This document shows, in pieces, positions 14,893 to 29,813 of a stretch of DNA of 64,000 nt. The notes beneath the pieces were generated by a model. The model was not told the origin of the DNA, ran no database searches, and saw only the letters and a list, made by a program, of their open reading frames with translations. Location of the stretch: assembly GCF_009914755.1 (NCBI RefSeq), contig NC_060928.1, one strand, 5' to 3'. A program made the translations under genes and the position numbers. The stretch's first letter is position 1. Each line of letters starts with the position of its first letter. Origin of the DNA: the human T2T-CHM13v2.0 reference genome, Homo sapiens.

Positions 14893-14910
14893 ATCTAATC
14901 AATCATCTGT
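14824..14910. repeat. Compound (TCTG)n(TCTA)n microsatellite
   Basis: Directly visible tetranucleotide array. Confidence 0.95.
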
Positions 14911-15820
<910 letters not shown>

Positions 15821-16249
15821 TTTAAACTCTTCCAACTGAATTTAAAAAAATACTTGCTTAAAATGTGTAGTGTGCTAGCCATAGTGCTAGTCCTAAAATA
15901 GTTGGTACATACATGAGTGTGAATTCCTGCATGGTAACTCATGGAATAATGGAAAACGAAGCCACAGGCTTTAACCGTAACCCAGAGCTGCATGTGTATG
16001 TTGTTCCTACCACCGTGGATCAGGTGGTGCCAAGGAATCATGATCCACAGGCACACATGGAAAACTAGATGGAAGATGGTACTGAAGCTGGTCTTTGGAA
16101 TATACTCCTGAGAGACTAGGTGGCAACTCACTTTTATTAGCCCATGTAAACATTATTTATAACCTATTGACATGCTTGGTTTGGGCATCATTTTCAGGCT
16201 AGTGAGGTTTATGTCTTTATATGCTATGTGCCTAAATTTATAGACCTGG

Positions 16250-16510
16250 AGGCAACGCAGTGTAGTGGTAAGGGGTAGGGGTTCTGGAGTCAGATGGCCA
16301 GGATTTGATTCAACCATTTATGTTGGTTCAACCATTTACGTGTGTGCCATTAAGCACGTTACATTATGTCTCTGTAGTTCACTTTCTCATCTGGAAAATG
16401 GGGATAATAATAGTATCTACCTCATAGGGTTGACATGAAGCTTTAGTATGTAAATATACATAAATTGCTTAGAACAGTGTCTTACACATAGAATGCCCTC
16501 AATAAGTCAG
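16250..16510 (+). mobile_element. MIR SINE, near full length
   Basis: gcagtgtagtggtaag...tctggagtcaga...ttctcatctggaaaatggggataataatagtatctacctcatagggttg. Confidence 0.85.
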
Positions 16511-16674
16511 TAATGATGATGATCATGATGTTGATATTTATAATTATCATTATCATCATCTTCAGCAGTATTTTTATAAGTTGGAGGGAAAGACTATGTA
16601 TGGCTTTTAAATCAGACTGGCATACCTGTTAGCTTTGTCGTGGGTGTATTGTGTGCCCTTGGAACTTTACTGAA

Positions 16675-16846
16675 CTTTATTTTATTGTGGTAAAATATAC
16701 ATAACAAACTTTACCATTTAATCATTTTAAGTGGACAGTTCAATGGTGTTAATACGTTTGCATTGCTGTGCAAGCATCACCACCATCCTTCCCTGTAACT
16801 TTTCATCATCTCAAACTGAAACTCTGTTCCTATCAAACAATAACTC
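16675..16846 (-). mobile_element. L1MB-type 3' end fragment
   Basis: ttattgtggtaaaatatacataacaaactttaccatttaatcattttaagtggacagttca. Confidence 0.75.
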
Positions 16847-18165
16847 TATGGAACTTATTTTAAACATCTTTCTCTACATCTGTGAGGGTAGGCACACTTA
16901 GGGCTAGGTTGTGAGAACTAAATGTGGGAGAAATTGCAAAGCCCCACACACCTTATAGGGCCTTAGTACTTCTTGTCCTTAGGAAACCCTGTCTATATCT
17001 TCCCAAACCTGAGTGCTTAGGAAAGGGTCCTCTGCAGTCACACTGGTGGCTCTCAACATTCCTTATGTTCACCCTTCTCCTCTCTTCCCCCCTCCATGGT
17101 GACCTTTTTCTCAGATATCTTGTTTTGTGAACAGGAACAGCATATGCAATGTGTTAACTCGTTTTAGTTGCCAAGAATGTGCTAGGTGCTATTTGGGAGA
17201 GATAACTTCCCCCATTAGATTTACTGTATAAATTAGGTCAAACACTAAGTTGGAAAGAAGAAGCCAGTATCCATGGAAAATTTATTATTTTGAATATACT
17301 TTTTTTTCAACATTCCTTGACGATGAAATGTGGTTTCCACTTGTGCATGATTACAACGTTGAGAATCTAGAGTTATATGAAGACAAGCTTTTCTCCACAC
17401 CTTTTTTGAATTACATAGAAAAAAATTGGAATAGTAAAGGCAGCCCCATCTTGGGTTAGGCACCTGATAAACTTGAAAACATAAAAGGAGTGGTGGTGAT
17501 ATTTCCACCCAATTTCTCTCTCTCTCTCTTTTTTTTTTTTGCTTTGAATTCGTACCCTACATATCTCTTCTTCCTTTTCATACACATTTTAATATCAGCA
17601 GAATATTTCAAGAGGACTTTTCCCCAGCTGAAATTTCCGAATACCGAAATTACTTCAGGTTTGTTTTGGGTTTTTTTTTATTTTGTGGTGTTTCCTTTCT
17701 GGCTGACTTTTTAGCCTTCTCAGTAGAGAGGTTGTGATCTGTAAATATGATAGGGATAATGGTTTTTAGATCTATTGACATGGCTCTTTGCACTCACACT
17801 CATATGACCTCTATACGCCTGTTTCTTTTCCTAATGTCATCCACATGCCTGACCTGGACTATGAAATACTTTGTTCCTGGGGTCACCCCTAACTAGTAAA
17901 TCATTGTCTTAACCTGCAGCCCTATAGAGACAAGTGTGGAATATATCCTTTGTTGCAAAGATTGAAGTATGCAGAGATGAATCAGACCTTGATGTTTGAC
18001 TCCTATTTGTCTCACATGTCTTGGGGGTTGGTTGGCATTGCCAGTGTAGAAATGGATTGAAAGTTGGGTTTTAGATGATGAGCCACAACCAGAGTGTGAT
18101 GACTATTTGACTCCTATTTGAATATGATGTGAAAATACAAACTGTGTTTCAGTAGTTCATCTGGC

Positions 18166-18400
18166 TCAGCATTTCTTAAACTGTGCTTTATGAGCTGTGA
18201 AAAGGTGTATGATGGAAAAAGGGATTCTGAAGTCCAATAAGTTTAGGAAAAGCTGAGTTAAAATTAAGAGTCTCTTAGTAAGAATTTCTCAGAACTGTTA
18301 GTCTAAACATTATGAACTCTCAAGTGGGGAGTATTTTATGTAGCATTTTCCAAACTTTATTTGATCCAGAATCTCCTGGGACATATCTCTAGGACTCTGT
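18166..18400. mobile_element. hAT-Charlie-like DNA transposon remnant
   Basis: cagcatttcttaaactg...aataagtttaggaaagctg...gcattttccaaactttatttg internal inverted motif. Confidence 0.5.
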
Positions 18401-18414
18401 GATGTGTTTATTGC

Positions 18415-19512
18415 TGTTTTTTTTGTTTGTTTGTTTGTTTTGCATTTTTATACCTAACAAAATTGACCATTTTAACCATTTTTAGGTGTACAGTTTAGTA
18501 AGTTATATTCACAATGTTATGCAATTGTCATCTCTATCCATTTGTCTTAGTTTGTTCAGGCTGCTATAAGAAAATACTATAGACTAGGTGGCTTATAAAC
18601 AACAGGACTTTATTTCTCACAGTTCTGGAGGCTGGGAAGTCCAAGATCAAGGCACTGGCAGATTTGGCATCTGGTGAGGACCTGTTTCCTGGTTCATAGA
18701 TGACCATCTTCTTTCTTTGTCCTTCCATGGTAGAAAGGGCAAGGATGCTCTCTGGGGTCTCTTTTAAAAGGGCACTAATCCCATTTATGAGGGCTCACCC
18801 TCATGACTTAATCACTTCTTAACACTCCACTTCCAAATACCATCACATTGATCGGCACAAACATTCAGTCTATAGCACTATTTTGAGAACTTTTTCATCA
18901 TCACAAACTAAAACTTTTTACTTATTAAACAACAACTACCCATTATCCCCTACCCTTACCTCAGACCCTGGTAACCTTTGTTTTACCTTCTGTCTCTATG
19001 AATTTGACTACTCTAAGTACCTCATGTATAAGTGGAATCCTGCAATATCTGTTCTTTTGTGTCTGACTTATTTCACTTAGCATACTATCTTCCGGATTTA
19101 TTTACATTGTAGCATATGTCAGAAAGTCATCTCTTTATAACGCTAAATACTATTCCATTGTATGTATAGACCACATTTTGTTTATCTGTTCATCTGCTGA
19201 TGAACATTTGGGTTGTTTCCACATTTTGGCCATTATAAACTTTAGTGTGCAAGTGTCTATTTGAGTTTCTGCTTTCAGTTATTTTGGGCATATACCTAAA
19301 AGTGGGATTGCTGGATCATATTGTAATCCTGTGTTTAACTTTTTGAGGAAACATCAAACTGTTTTCCATAGCAGTTACACCATTTTACATTCTCACCAGC
19401 AATGCACAGTGGTTCTAGTTTCTCTGTATTCTCATCAACACTTGTTATTTTCTGTCTTTTTAAAAACAGGCATTCTAATGAGTGTGAAGCGATATCTCAT
19501 TGTGTTTGATTT
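18415..19512 (-). mobile_element. L1MB-type 3' region with nested MLT1A LTR
   Basis: L1 3'UTR motifs on both sides of the LTR (accatttttaggtgtacagtt; aagtgggattgctggatcata). Confidence 0.8.
18543..18877 (-). mobile_element. MLT1A-type MaLR solo LTR
   Basis: tgtcttagtttgttcaggctgctataag...ttctcacagttctggaggctgggaagtccaagatcaagg...aaacattcagtctatagca. Confidence 0.88.
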
Positions 19513-19726
19513 GCCTGTTATTATTGTTGTTGTTTAACTTCCAACTCATCTCAGACTGATACGTGATTCTACTACCATTGGTTACACAGTTCAGCACAAT
19601 ATATGACTCATGTAGGTTGGAAAACATCCGAAATGTTATACTCCCTATTCAGTGAAATGAGTTCATTGATCACACAGTTGGATGTGATTAGAATACCAAA
19701 TTGTTATAAAAGTTTTTAAATGCTTC

Positions 19727-20154
19727 ACTTCGCTTCTCTTCTGTCTTCTTTTCTCTTCTCTTCTCTTCTCATCTCCTCTCTTTTCCTTTCCCTTCCTTTC
19801 CCTCCCCTCCCCTCCGCTCCCTCTCCTCCCCTCCCCTCCACTCCCCTCCCCTCCTCTCCCCTTCCCTTTTTGAAACAGGGTCTCACTCTGTCACCTAGGC
19901 TGGAGTGCAGTAGCGTGATCTCAGCTCACTGCATCCTCAACCTCCTGGGCTCCATCAATCCTCCCACCTTAGTCTCCCAAGTAGCTGGGACTATAGGCAC
20001 ATGTCACCATGCCTGGCTAATTTTCATATTTTTTTGTAGAGATGAGATCACATTGTGTTGCCTGCACTGGTCTGAAACCCCTGGGCTCAAGTGATCCACC
20101 TGCTTTGGCCTCCCAAAGTGCTAGGATTATAGGCATGAGCCACTGCGCCTGGCC
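19727..20154 (-). mobile_element. AluJ with expanded pyrimidine simple-repeat tail
   Basis: Alu body 19867-20154; taaatgctt on both flanks as probable TSD. Confidence 0.9.
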
Positions 20155-21672
20155 TAAATGCTTATTTTCAATTTTGCAGTTATTTCATCATGGACCAGTA
20201 CCAAACCCATAGCAATCCACAGACCACAGTTTATCACTGCTCTCAGTCATATTTTACATGTCAAATATATGGAAACTGTTTAATGGAATATGATAGATAG
20301 TTTAAGCAGTTTTATTCTAAAATAAGTGAAGGTATTTTTCATTCAATTCCCAAAATGCAACTAGTGAATTATGTTGGAAAACAATCTGGCCATATAATAT
20401 AGTAATGCATATGTTGGGTTTTAGGGTTAGTTTAAGTAGCCTGGGGAATAGTTCAGTAATTTTTTGGAGGGATAGATTCCTTGGAATCCAGACAGTTTTC
20501 CTGATAGGCTGCACTGTGGTATTGCCCCTCAAATGAGCTTGAATGTCAAGTCCTTGAGAGGCGATACAGCTGCTGTATGGATGGTCATGAGTCTGGAATC
20601 CAGAAAGAGATAAAATCAAGGTGCAAGAGCCAACGGAGTCTTTGGGGTTGAGCACTCTATTTCCCTAACTGTGCTATGAGGAAAAAATAATTAATATATG
20701 CTATGCTGGCAAGGAATTGTGCTTCCAAAGCTCTTCCAAGCAGAGTTAATTAAGTAATGTATGCTCACTTCATTTTGTAGTTGGTTCTCTTTGGCATCAA
20801 GACTGTTAACTTAAGCAAATGGAAGCAGCATTGCAGCTTAGTGCATAGTTCCAAAAGAATAAAGCAAAACCAAATTTGAAGAGTTTGTATGCTAAAAATG
20901 ATAGTAGTAATTCACATTCTACTCTAAAACTTTGAAAGAAAAATCCACATCTGATCCACTTTTGTGAGTGCAGCCAGTATTGATAGTTTTGTCTGCCCTA
21001 GGGAGTCTCATTTTCCTTCTTTTGGAAACTATTCCTCCTCTACTCCTCCCTGGCCAAGGATTCACGGTCTTTCTATCCTCTTTCATTAGCTACTGTGGGA
21101 GGGAACTTGACCCTAGACAGGTCAATATGGGCCTTTTCCTGGGATGTTTTTCAAACTGCAAGTAAGAAGAGAGTCAGTCCTCTGACGGGGTGCCAGCCTT
21201 CAATAATGAAACTTGGGAACTAGAGGTTCGTGTGGAAGAAACTCATGAACAGCAAGAGCCAATAAGCCAACATGCAGGGTGGGCACACAAGAGATTAAGG
21301 AAGTCCAGGGCCCCAGTACCTGAGGCCTTGGTTTACAGCTGTTTCAGTGGGTCAGCTGCATCCCCACCCTGTGCCCTGCTGGGTTATACTGGACTCTGTA
21401 ATCCAATATATGCCTATTTACATCTGGATTTCTCTCACTTGCAAATAAGAGTCCCTCATGACCCCTTCCTGCTCAAAACACTTAACATACTACCTTTCAA
21501 ACAGCAAGTATGCCATTGATAGCTTTGAATAAGCTTTAAAAGTTAAAGTTAACATAGCCTAAGCACTGACTCGTCATCATTCTAACCCAGACTCACACTT
21601 TGCTCCCATTATTGAAAAAACAGTAACAGATTACTTCAAAATACCGTAACATATCAAACTTTATATTCTTTT

Positions 21673-21968
21673 TTTTATTTTGTTTTATTATTATTATACT
21701 TTAAGTTTTAGGGTACATGTGCACAATGTGCAGGTTAGTTACATATGTATACATGTGCCATGCTGGTGTGCTGCGCCCATTAACTCGTCAATTAGCATTA
21801 GGTATATCTCCTAATGCTATCCCTCCCCCTTCCCCCCACCCCACAACAGTCCCTAGAGTGTGATGTTCCCCTTCCTGTGTCCATGTGTTCTCATTGTTCA
21901 ATTCCCACCTATGAGTGAGAATATGCGGTGTTTGGTTTTTTGTTCTTGCGATAGTTTACTGAGAATGA
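21673..21968 (-). mobile_element. 5'-truncated L1PA3-like 3' end with TSD
   Basis: Low-divergence L1PA 3'UTR; TSD actttatattcttttt at 21658 and 21968; GAG (not L1HS-Ta ACA) at the diagnostic site. Confidence 0.92.
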
Positions 21969-23847
21969 CTTTATATTCTTTTTAAAAAATAATTTTTAGA
22001 TACAGAATATGGGATGGGTGAAGTGAGGGGATTTAAATCTTGGGGGCTAATGACATCTGTGAGTGAGCAGAAGGTGAAGGCATGGCAGAGAGGTGGAAGG
22101 AAGTAGAGGAGGCTTGTTCACACTTCTTCCAAGATTGGAAGAGGGGGCTGACCAAGGATGCCTGGAAGGATTAACAAGTGGATCCAGGAGCCTACTGATG
22201 TGGGAGCTCATAAATTTGTGGCAGCTCCAGGCCCAATCATGGCAGCATTTTGTCCAGTAGCACAGGGAGCCAAGCATTAGGGACTTAGGGTGATAAATAA
22301 TATTCCCCTCTTCCTCTTCTAGCTGAGACATAAACATGGGAATCAGACAGAGATCACAATATCATCTTGACTTCTCATGGAACAAATTGGAGAACATGAG
22401 TTTAGCTCTTCAACCAAGTGGGTTTGCCAATCCTCAATCCTGAATTAAATGAATTTATCCACCCATTTCTGGCACAGCTGGGCAACCACAGGCCTCCGCC
22501 ACAGAGAGAGGCCCCTTACCACATGGCAGAGACCGAGAGCCTGTCTTCGTGGAACGGAAATAGCTGAGGAGAGATGTCCCATTTCTTCTCCCAAACCAAC
22601 TTAGCAAAGAAGGAGGGAGGGCCAGGAGTGTTATCCCAGCTGATGTCCCTCCATATAGACAGACGGCTGATCCTTCTTCCAGTGGAGGCAAGAGATGGCT
22701 GGGTTCGATGCCAAGGATCATTGTCCCAGGCTAACTGTTCCATCTGCATTATTTCCTCCTCCTAGTCCTTGTTCTCTTATAGAATGACAAAGAGGTGGGG
22801 ATGCTGAAGCTACATGCAGTGGCCTAGACTGGATCATGAAGGAAATAAGGCAACAAGGGGAGAGAGAAATGGACTGAGAGAAAAGAGCAAAGTTTGTAAA
22901 TGAAAGAGCAGGTGTTATAGGTGAGAAAGAATGAGAATCCTGGAAGAAGAGGGACTAAGGTAAAAGAGGAAGAGCATTTACTTCTTATGTCCCAGTTATT
23001 GTTGTTCTAGGTGATATCTAGGTTAAAAGAGAGCGAGAGAGCTGTGCAAAGGCCCTGGCAGGAGCTCACCTGGCATGTCTGAGGACCAGTGAGCAGGTGC
23101 CTGGCTGAAGCCGCATCGGGGGTGGTGGGTGGGGGAGAGCCTTGGAGATGTGATCAGAAATGTAGTGGGTAACAGGTTCTGCAGGACTTGTAAGGACATA
23201 GGCTTTTAGAAGAGAAACCTGGGACAGAGAAGGGTTAGGTTATTCAGCCAGGAAGGGGCAGAGCTGGGATCCTCAGTGTGGTGGTGTGGCATTTGACCCC
23301 AGACACACAGTGCTTCCTGAAACAGTGCTCTGGTCTGGCTTCCCTGTTGCTGGCTTCCCAGGTTCTCCTCCTGCTTATGTTTGCTTTTCTTCAGGCACGA
23401 TGAACTTGTCCTCCTCTAACTGTCCTTTACATGTGGATGATGTCTCTGGGTTAGCCTCGCTCGTTCTGTGTCTGACCTCTCCCAGGAAATATCCTGCTTT
23501 CCCTTGGCTTCTCCTGTGTTCCTGGGCTGGTGATTCCCAAACCTACATATTCTGCAGGGGCCTTGCTTCTCAACTCCAAACCCAAATATAAGTCCCTGAT
23601 GAGCTAGGGCTCTCTAAATATAGAGTGCTCCCAGTTTATTTCCCTTCCTCACAGATCTCCTCTTGCCCCTGTTCCTTAGGACAATCTCAATGTCTAAAAA
23701 CCATGGCATTACCTGAAATCCCATCTTTCCCCTCGTCCTCTATCCCCACATCCACTCAATGGCCAATCCAAAGAGAGGTGCTCATATCTTCCCCCTCTGG
23801 TTTAGCTCTCCCTGGGATCTTTTAAAAATAGTTAGTTAATTAATTGT

Positions 23848-24132
<285 letters not shown>

Positions 24133-24938
24133 GATCTTATAGTAGCCTCTTAAATGGACCCTCTCCTCCACCCATTGGCTCTCTCCCTCTGCACCTGACA
24201 TCTTTTCCCAAAACAAAGCTAGGATCCCAGGACTCCTGTTCTCATGAGCTGGTCTGGCTTCCCCACTGCCTAAAGAACAGTCTAGATCTTTAGCAAGACA
24301 CTCAGAGGCCTCCTCTGTCTCACCTTTCATAGTTCTCTTCTCCTCCCACCTCCCATTTTCTCTTCTGTGATCCGCTGTGCTTCTGCTCATTTCCCATCCA
24401 TAAAATGTTTTCTTCTGCTTCAAGCAGCCACCCAGCTGCCACCTTCTGGGTCAAACGTCCCCAGAATTCCCCCAGGCAGAATGAGTTGCTCTTTTCTCTC
24501 AGTGGAAGAGCTGGTATCCTCATTAAGTGCTCCTGGCAAATAAAAATGCATTGAAAGTCTGGCAAGTGCTGATTGTTGTTGGACATCAGCCAGTCACTGG
24601 AGTGTGACTGTTACCCATACAGGCTGAGGCAGCAACTGTGAACACACGGCAGGTACAGGAAATCCCCAAATTCTATTAATTATGTGGTAAGTTCCTGGAG
24701 ATATTTTGGTAATGTATTCCTAAAGTTCTGAGTTTCTTAATTGCATTTCTGTTAAAGGGAGTTTACTTCAAATGTAGAAAACCTAACCAAAACCATGTTT
24801 AAAAGAAAAACAAGTCTTATAGGTAGAATAGAAAAGTAACATTATTGTTGGTTATGGGTTTCCTAACAAGATCTGGGTCTTCTATGATAGACTTGCAAAT
24901 CTGAAAGCCTTTCTGAGGTATGCTAGTCCGTATTAAAA

Positions 24939-25289
24939 TTTCTTTCTTTCTTTTCTCATTCTCTTTTTTCTTTTTCTTTCTTTCTTTCTTGCTTGCTTGC
25001 TTGCTTGCCAAGGTCTTGCTTTGTTACCCAGGCTGAAGTACAGTGGTGCGATCATAGCTCACTGCAGCCTCTACCTCCTGGGCTCAGGTGATTCTCCCAC
25101 CCCAGCCTCCTGAGTAGCTGGGACTACAGGCATGCTCCACCATGGCCAGCTAATTTTTTAAAAAACGTTTTATAGAGAGAGTCTTGCTCTCTTGCCCAGG
25201 CTGGTCTTGAACTTCTGGCCTCAAGGGGTCCTCCTGCCTCAGCCTCTCAAAGCACTGGCAGTACAAGTGTGACCCACTGCACCTGGGCC
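24939..25289 (-). mobile_element. AluJ with (CTTT)n(CTTG)n tail
   Basis: ggtcttgctttgttacccaggctg...gtgtgacccactgcacctgg. Confidence 0.9.
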
Positions 25290-27389
25290 TTACTAAGATT
25301 TTTAGGGCAAATATTTGTTATAGAAAATGTATAAAAATGAGAACTTCAAAAGTGGTAATTCTAGTTTACATTTTAATATTTTCCACCTAGTCTTTTCATT
25401 TGTGGAAACTGAGAATTATATGGATGCTTTATATGTATATATTGCATTTTAAATATGTGGCAGTAAAGGTGTCTGGATTCATTTGAAACCCAAATGAGCA
25501 TTCCCTTCATTTTCTGTGAACGCAAATCCATGATCATGTTGATCTCTCCCTATTGGGGTAAAAGAAATAACGCCAAGAAGGTTGGGCACAGAAGGGAGCT
25601 TCTCATTCCCTGTCTGGTTTCCACAGAGAACTACCAAATGCAGGGTGTCTGCCCCAGAGCCAGAAAGCTGCTTGCTCTGTGCAGGAGATAAAGGAAAGAG
25701 AGAAACCTTTTTGCAGATGGAAATGACAACTGAAGAAAGAGAAAGGTAGCAAGGAGCTTCTTGCTTGCCTTCTGAAGAAAAGAGGAAGAAGGGCCTGGAT
25801 GAAGCCCCCTCCTCCTGCCCCTTCTCCCTCTGATAGCACTGCCATGGGCTGAGGAAACCTCTTCTGTAACTGCTGGGATCCTTGATCCAACTGTAGTCAG
25901 AGGACAAGTGCACCTGGCATCTCTGAATATGTTTTCCCACTGAAGTGTTCTGTCCAGCTTTTAGATTCCATCATGTAATTCCTACTCTCCTTCATGTGTA
26001 CTTTGGATGAAATAAGCTTTTCTGGCCTGAACTTAGAACCACCATGCAAGGATTTATTTCTGTGGGTTAATTACAAATGATGGCTTATAAGCAGCTACCC
26101 TCCAAATGAACTTTTGGTATGTAGCCTGCCCCTAAATTTGAGGCTGTTTGTATAAAACTGTCAAGCTGGTGGTTAATAACAACTAAGTAACAATAGCAGC
26201 AACTATCTTTTTTTTTTCTTTGCCATCTCCTATGTAACTGGCAAGGGCTATACCTACACAGTGTGCCTGTTTTTCATAAATGGATAAACTGTTCTTCATC
26301 ATCGCATCTTCCATGGTCCTTTCTTGACCTGAGTGAACAAGAATGTCTTAATAATAACTCCCAGACAATGAGTGCCCAGAAGGTGCCAGACGCTGAGCTG
26401 TGTTCTTAATGTATATTTTCTGTAATTTTGACATCCCCACAGGTCGATAGCATCCCCCACCTTATGAGTTAGAAATCTGAGGATCAGAAAGGTTAGGAAC
26501 TATGCCCAAGGACACGTAGCTAAGAAGCAGACAAGGCTGGGATTCTAACTAGAAAAGCTATTTGTGCCCTGTTCCTTGATATGTTTGTTATTCTCTTACT
26601 TCTATTTTCTAATTTGATGTCAGAACTCTGTTTATGTGTATGTTGAACAATTCCAGTTATTTGATGGATTGTGAAGACTAAGGAATTCTGTTTTATTCAT
26701 TACAGATACCTAGAAGAGTACGTAGCACATTGAATTGAGTTTATTTAAATATTTAGTGAGCACTTGTACATGTCAGGAACTTTGCTACACTCTGGGGTAG
26801 AGACCATCCTGGGCTATTCCCTCACCTTGCCTTTGGAGTGTGAAAGGAAAGGGAGTGAGTTGCAAGGATGTCTTTAGAGTAAGAGGCCCTGGGAAGGTAG
26901 CAAGCTCAGGTCTTACCCATAGCCCTTGGGAAATGTTTTTATACACAGGGCAAGCCCACAAATCAATGAAATGAGAAACCACTGGCCCATGAACAAGGAG
27001 GGTTTAATGTATGGAAGTTACATAAACAGTGGTATAAATTCATGTATTAATATTTGTCTAGTACAAAATAGACTCTTTGAGGAACTTTATGTTATGCCTT
27101 TCTGTTGAACTGAGACTCATGTTATGCAGTACTTGCCAATTAGCCAGAAATGGTAACTTTCCATCAGTAGCACCTGAGGATTTACCGCCATGAGTTTGCA
27201 GTGGTCATCTCAGAGGTGACAACCATTTTTCCTTGAATTTTGTGGAATAGATTTTTACCAATGAAGTCACAATCCTACCTAGTTGAATATATCTTTTAGA
27301 AAGTCAAGAACCTTTTCTCACAACCTTTTTTGGGAAAAATCTCAAACATACAGAAAAATTCAAAGAATGGTATGGTGAATAAGCGAATA

Positions 27390-27598
27390 CAGGGTCATCC
27401 AGCTATGGTCTATGGGCCAAATCCACCCAATGCCTGCTTTCATAAATAAAGTTTGTTAGAATACAGACACACGTTTGTTTACATATGATCTGGTTACAAC
27501 AACAGTGTTGAATTATTTTAACAGAGACCACCATATGGCCCACAAGGCCTAAAAGATTTACTATCTGACCCTTTATAGAAAAAGTTGACTGTCCCTTG
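27390..27598 (+). mobile_element. MER58A (hAT-Charlie) inserted in an old antisense L1 (~27325-28040)
   Basis: caggg...atgggccaaatcc...aaataaagttt...atggcccacaaggcctaaaagatttactatctgaccctttatagaaaaagtt. Confidence 0.82.
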
Positions 27599-29523
27599 AT
27601 CTAGATTCACTGCTTGTTACTATTTTACTATTTGCTTTATCTCTGTCTTCACAGACAGGCAGACATACTCGCAACCTCTCTCTCTCTCCCTTCCCCCACA
27701 CGTGTGAACATATATATACATGCATACTTTTTTTGAACCATTTGAAAGTTATGTTACTGACATTATGATAATTCACCCCTAAATAATTCATGTGGATGCT
27801 TAAAAATAAAGGCAGTCTCTCATATAAATGCAAAATCATGATCACACCTAAAAAATTAACATTCATTGAGTAATATCATCCAATGTGCAGTTTATATTTA
27901 AATTAGACTATTACACCCTTATTTAGTTTTTCCTTTGGGATCTGGGGTCTAATCAAAGATCATACATTGCATTTGTTCATGATGGCTTTGATTGCCAATT
28001 TTTGTTTTACATGACATTGACTTTTTTGAAGAGTCCTTTAAAAACTTCTTGCAAAGATGTATGGGTTTGTTAGCTCCACGATAGTAAGAGCTAAATATAT
28101 AGCCATTATAGTAAAGCAGTGTCTTGTACTTCTTTTCCCTTGGGATTGAGACACTTTTAGTGTTTGGCTTCCAAAGTTAACACACTAAGTTTTGGGTTTT
28201 GCTGGAAATTGTAAATGTGGAAAAATCTCAGTGTGAACAGCAAGGCAGATGAGAATTCACAGAATGCATTTTATGTAATTAAAGGCACAGCCCTTCTCGC
28301 TTGCTCCAGTGGCTGCCCTTGCTAGCTCTTGGCTGGGTGGCTCTTCCTTCTGGCTTTTCTTCTGCCTAGGGCCTGGCTCCCCTCCAGCATCATTAGGTTG
28401 TAGCAAGAAGCTGGAAACAGACCTGCAGTTATTTAAATCTTCTAGCCCAAATTGTTTGGGCTGGCTGGCAGCACAAAGCTTTTGTGTTTGCAGGCTGCAC
28501 GCTGAACACAGCATGGTGTTCAAAGGCGTGCATCCCAGATCTGTGTGTCTGGGATGCACATAGGAGGAGCACCTTGTTGAGAATCTGTGGGGGTCACAGT
28601 CATGCACCTCTTAGGGGACTACATGCTGGTCACAGGTCTTGTCTTTTATTGTGGTGCCAAATGATGTCCAGAGAGCATCAACACTCAGCCTTTGCTTTCC
28701 TCTGGGCAGAAAGCACTCAGAGCTTAAAGGCCAGTCAGAGGATACTTGCACTCCCAAGTGAAGACTCACCTGGATCTGTACTAGTCACTCGTTGGTTTGG
28801 AGTTGCCTCATGGGGTAAAGGGTTTATTTACTGTTCCTGAATGGTAGAATTGTAAGTGAGTGGTGCACGTGTTTTTGAATGTGGTATCCTCAAGATTGTT
28901 CAAGGCTAGAGCAGTGGAGCATTTGAGAATCACAGAGCCAAGTAAGTTAAGAGGGTGCATATGTATGTGTGTTTGTTTGCCGTTGGGAGGGAAGGAGGAA
29001 GAAGAACATCATAGAGAAAGAGAAGACAAGAAGAAAGAGAACTAAAATGGAAATTTCAGGAAGGCTGAATTCAGAATAAGGCACCTGGAAATTTGGAGAG
29101 GCGGGAAAAGGAATTGCCACTTTTCAGACTTAGCATTTTTAACATCTGGGGAAACTTTATTTTATTTTTTCCACTGTGTGAAGTTAATTGGGAGTCAGAT
29201 TTAGTAGCGGGGTGACTGGTATGGTATATAACCTCTCTGTGCCTCAACTACTCCTCTAGAAAATGGAGACAATAACAGTACCTGCTGTGTATGGCTGTTT
29301 TGAAAATAAATGAAATAATCCATGTACATCCTCAGAACAGACCTGGTAGCTAGATGGCAAATGCTTGAAGAGTGTAAGGTATAAATGTTTAGTTCATATT
29401 ATTAAGTGCCCCACATAATTCACCATAATGGTCTGATATCTACAGCCTTCACCAATCTTTAACCTATTTTCTTAAGAATAATGAGTAAATTTTTTAAAGC
29501 CTTTTAAAAAAGAATTCATCAAC

Positions 29524-29813
29524 TGGACATGGTGGCTCATGCCTGTAATCCCAGCACGTTGCAGGGCCAAGGTGGGCAGATCACTTGAGCTCGAGACCAG
29601 CCTGGCCAACATAGTGAAACTTCATCTCTACTAAAAATACAGAAATTAGCCAGGCATGGTGGCTCATGCCTGTGGTCCCAGCTACTCAGGAGGCTGAGGC
29701 AGTAGAATCTCTTGAACCTAGGAGGTGGAGGCTGAAGTGAGCCGAGATTGCATACTGCACTCCAGCCTGGGTGACAGAGTGAGACTCCATCTCAAAAAAA
29801 AAAAAATAAAAAA
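29524..29813 (+). mobile_element. Alu, full length with small internal deletion
   Basis: ggtggctcatgcctgtaatccc...gagactccatctcaaaaaa. Confidence 0.93.

Noticed and set aside
25479-25940. 153-aa minus-strand ORF and overlapping ORFs
   Set aside because: No recognisable domain or splice context; consistent with chance ORFs in purine/pyrimidine-skewed intron.
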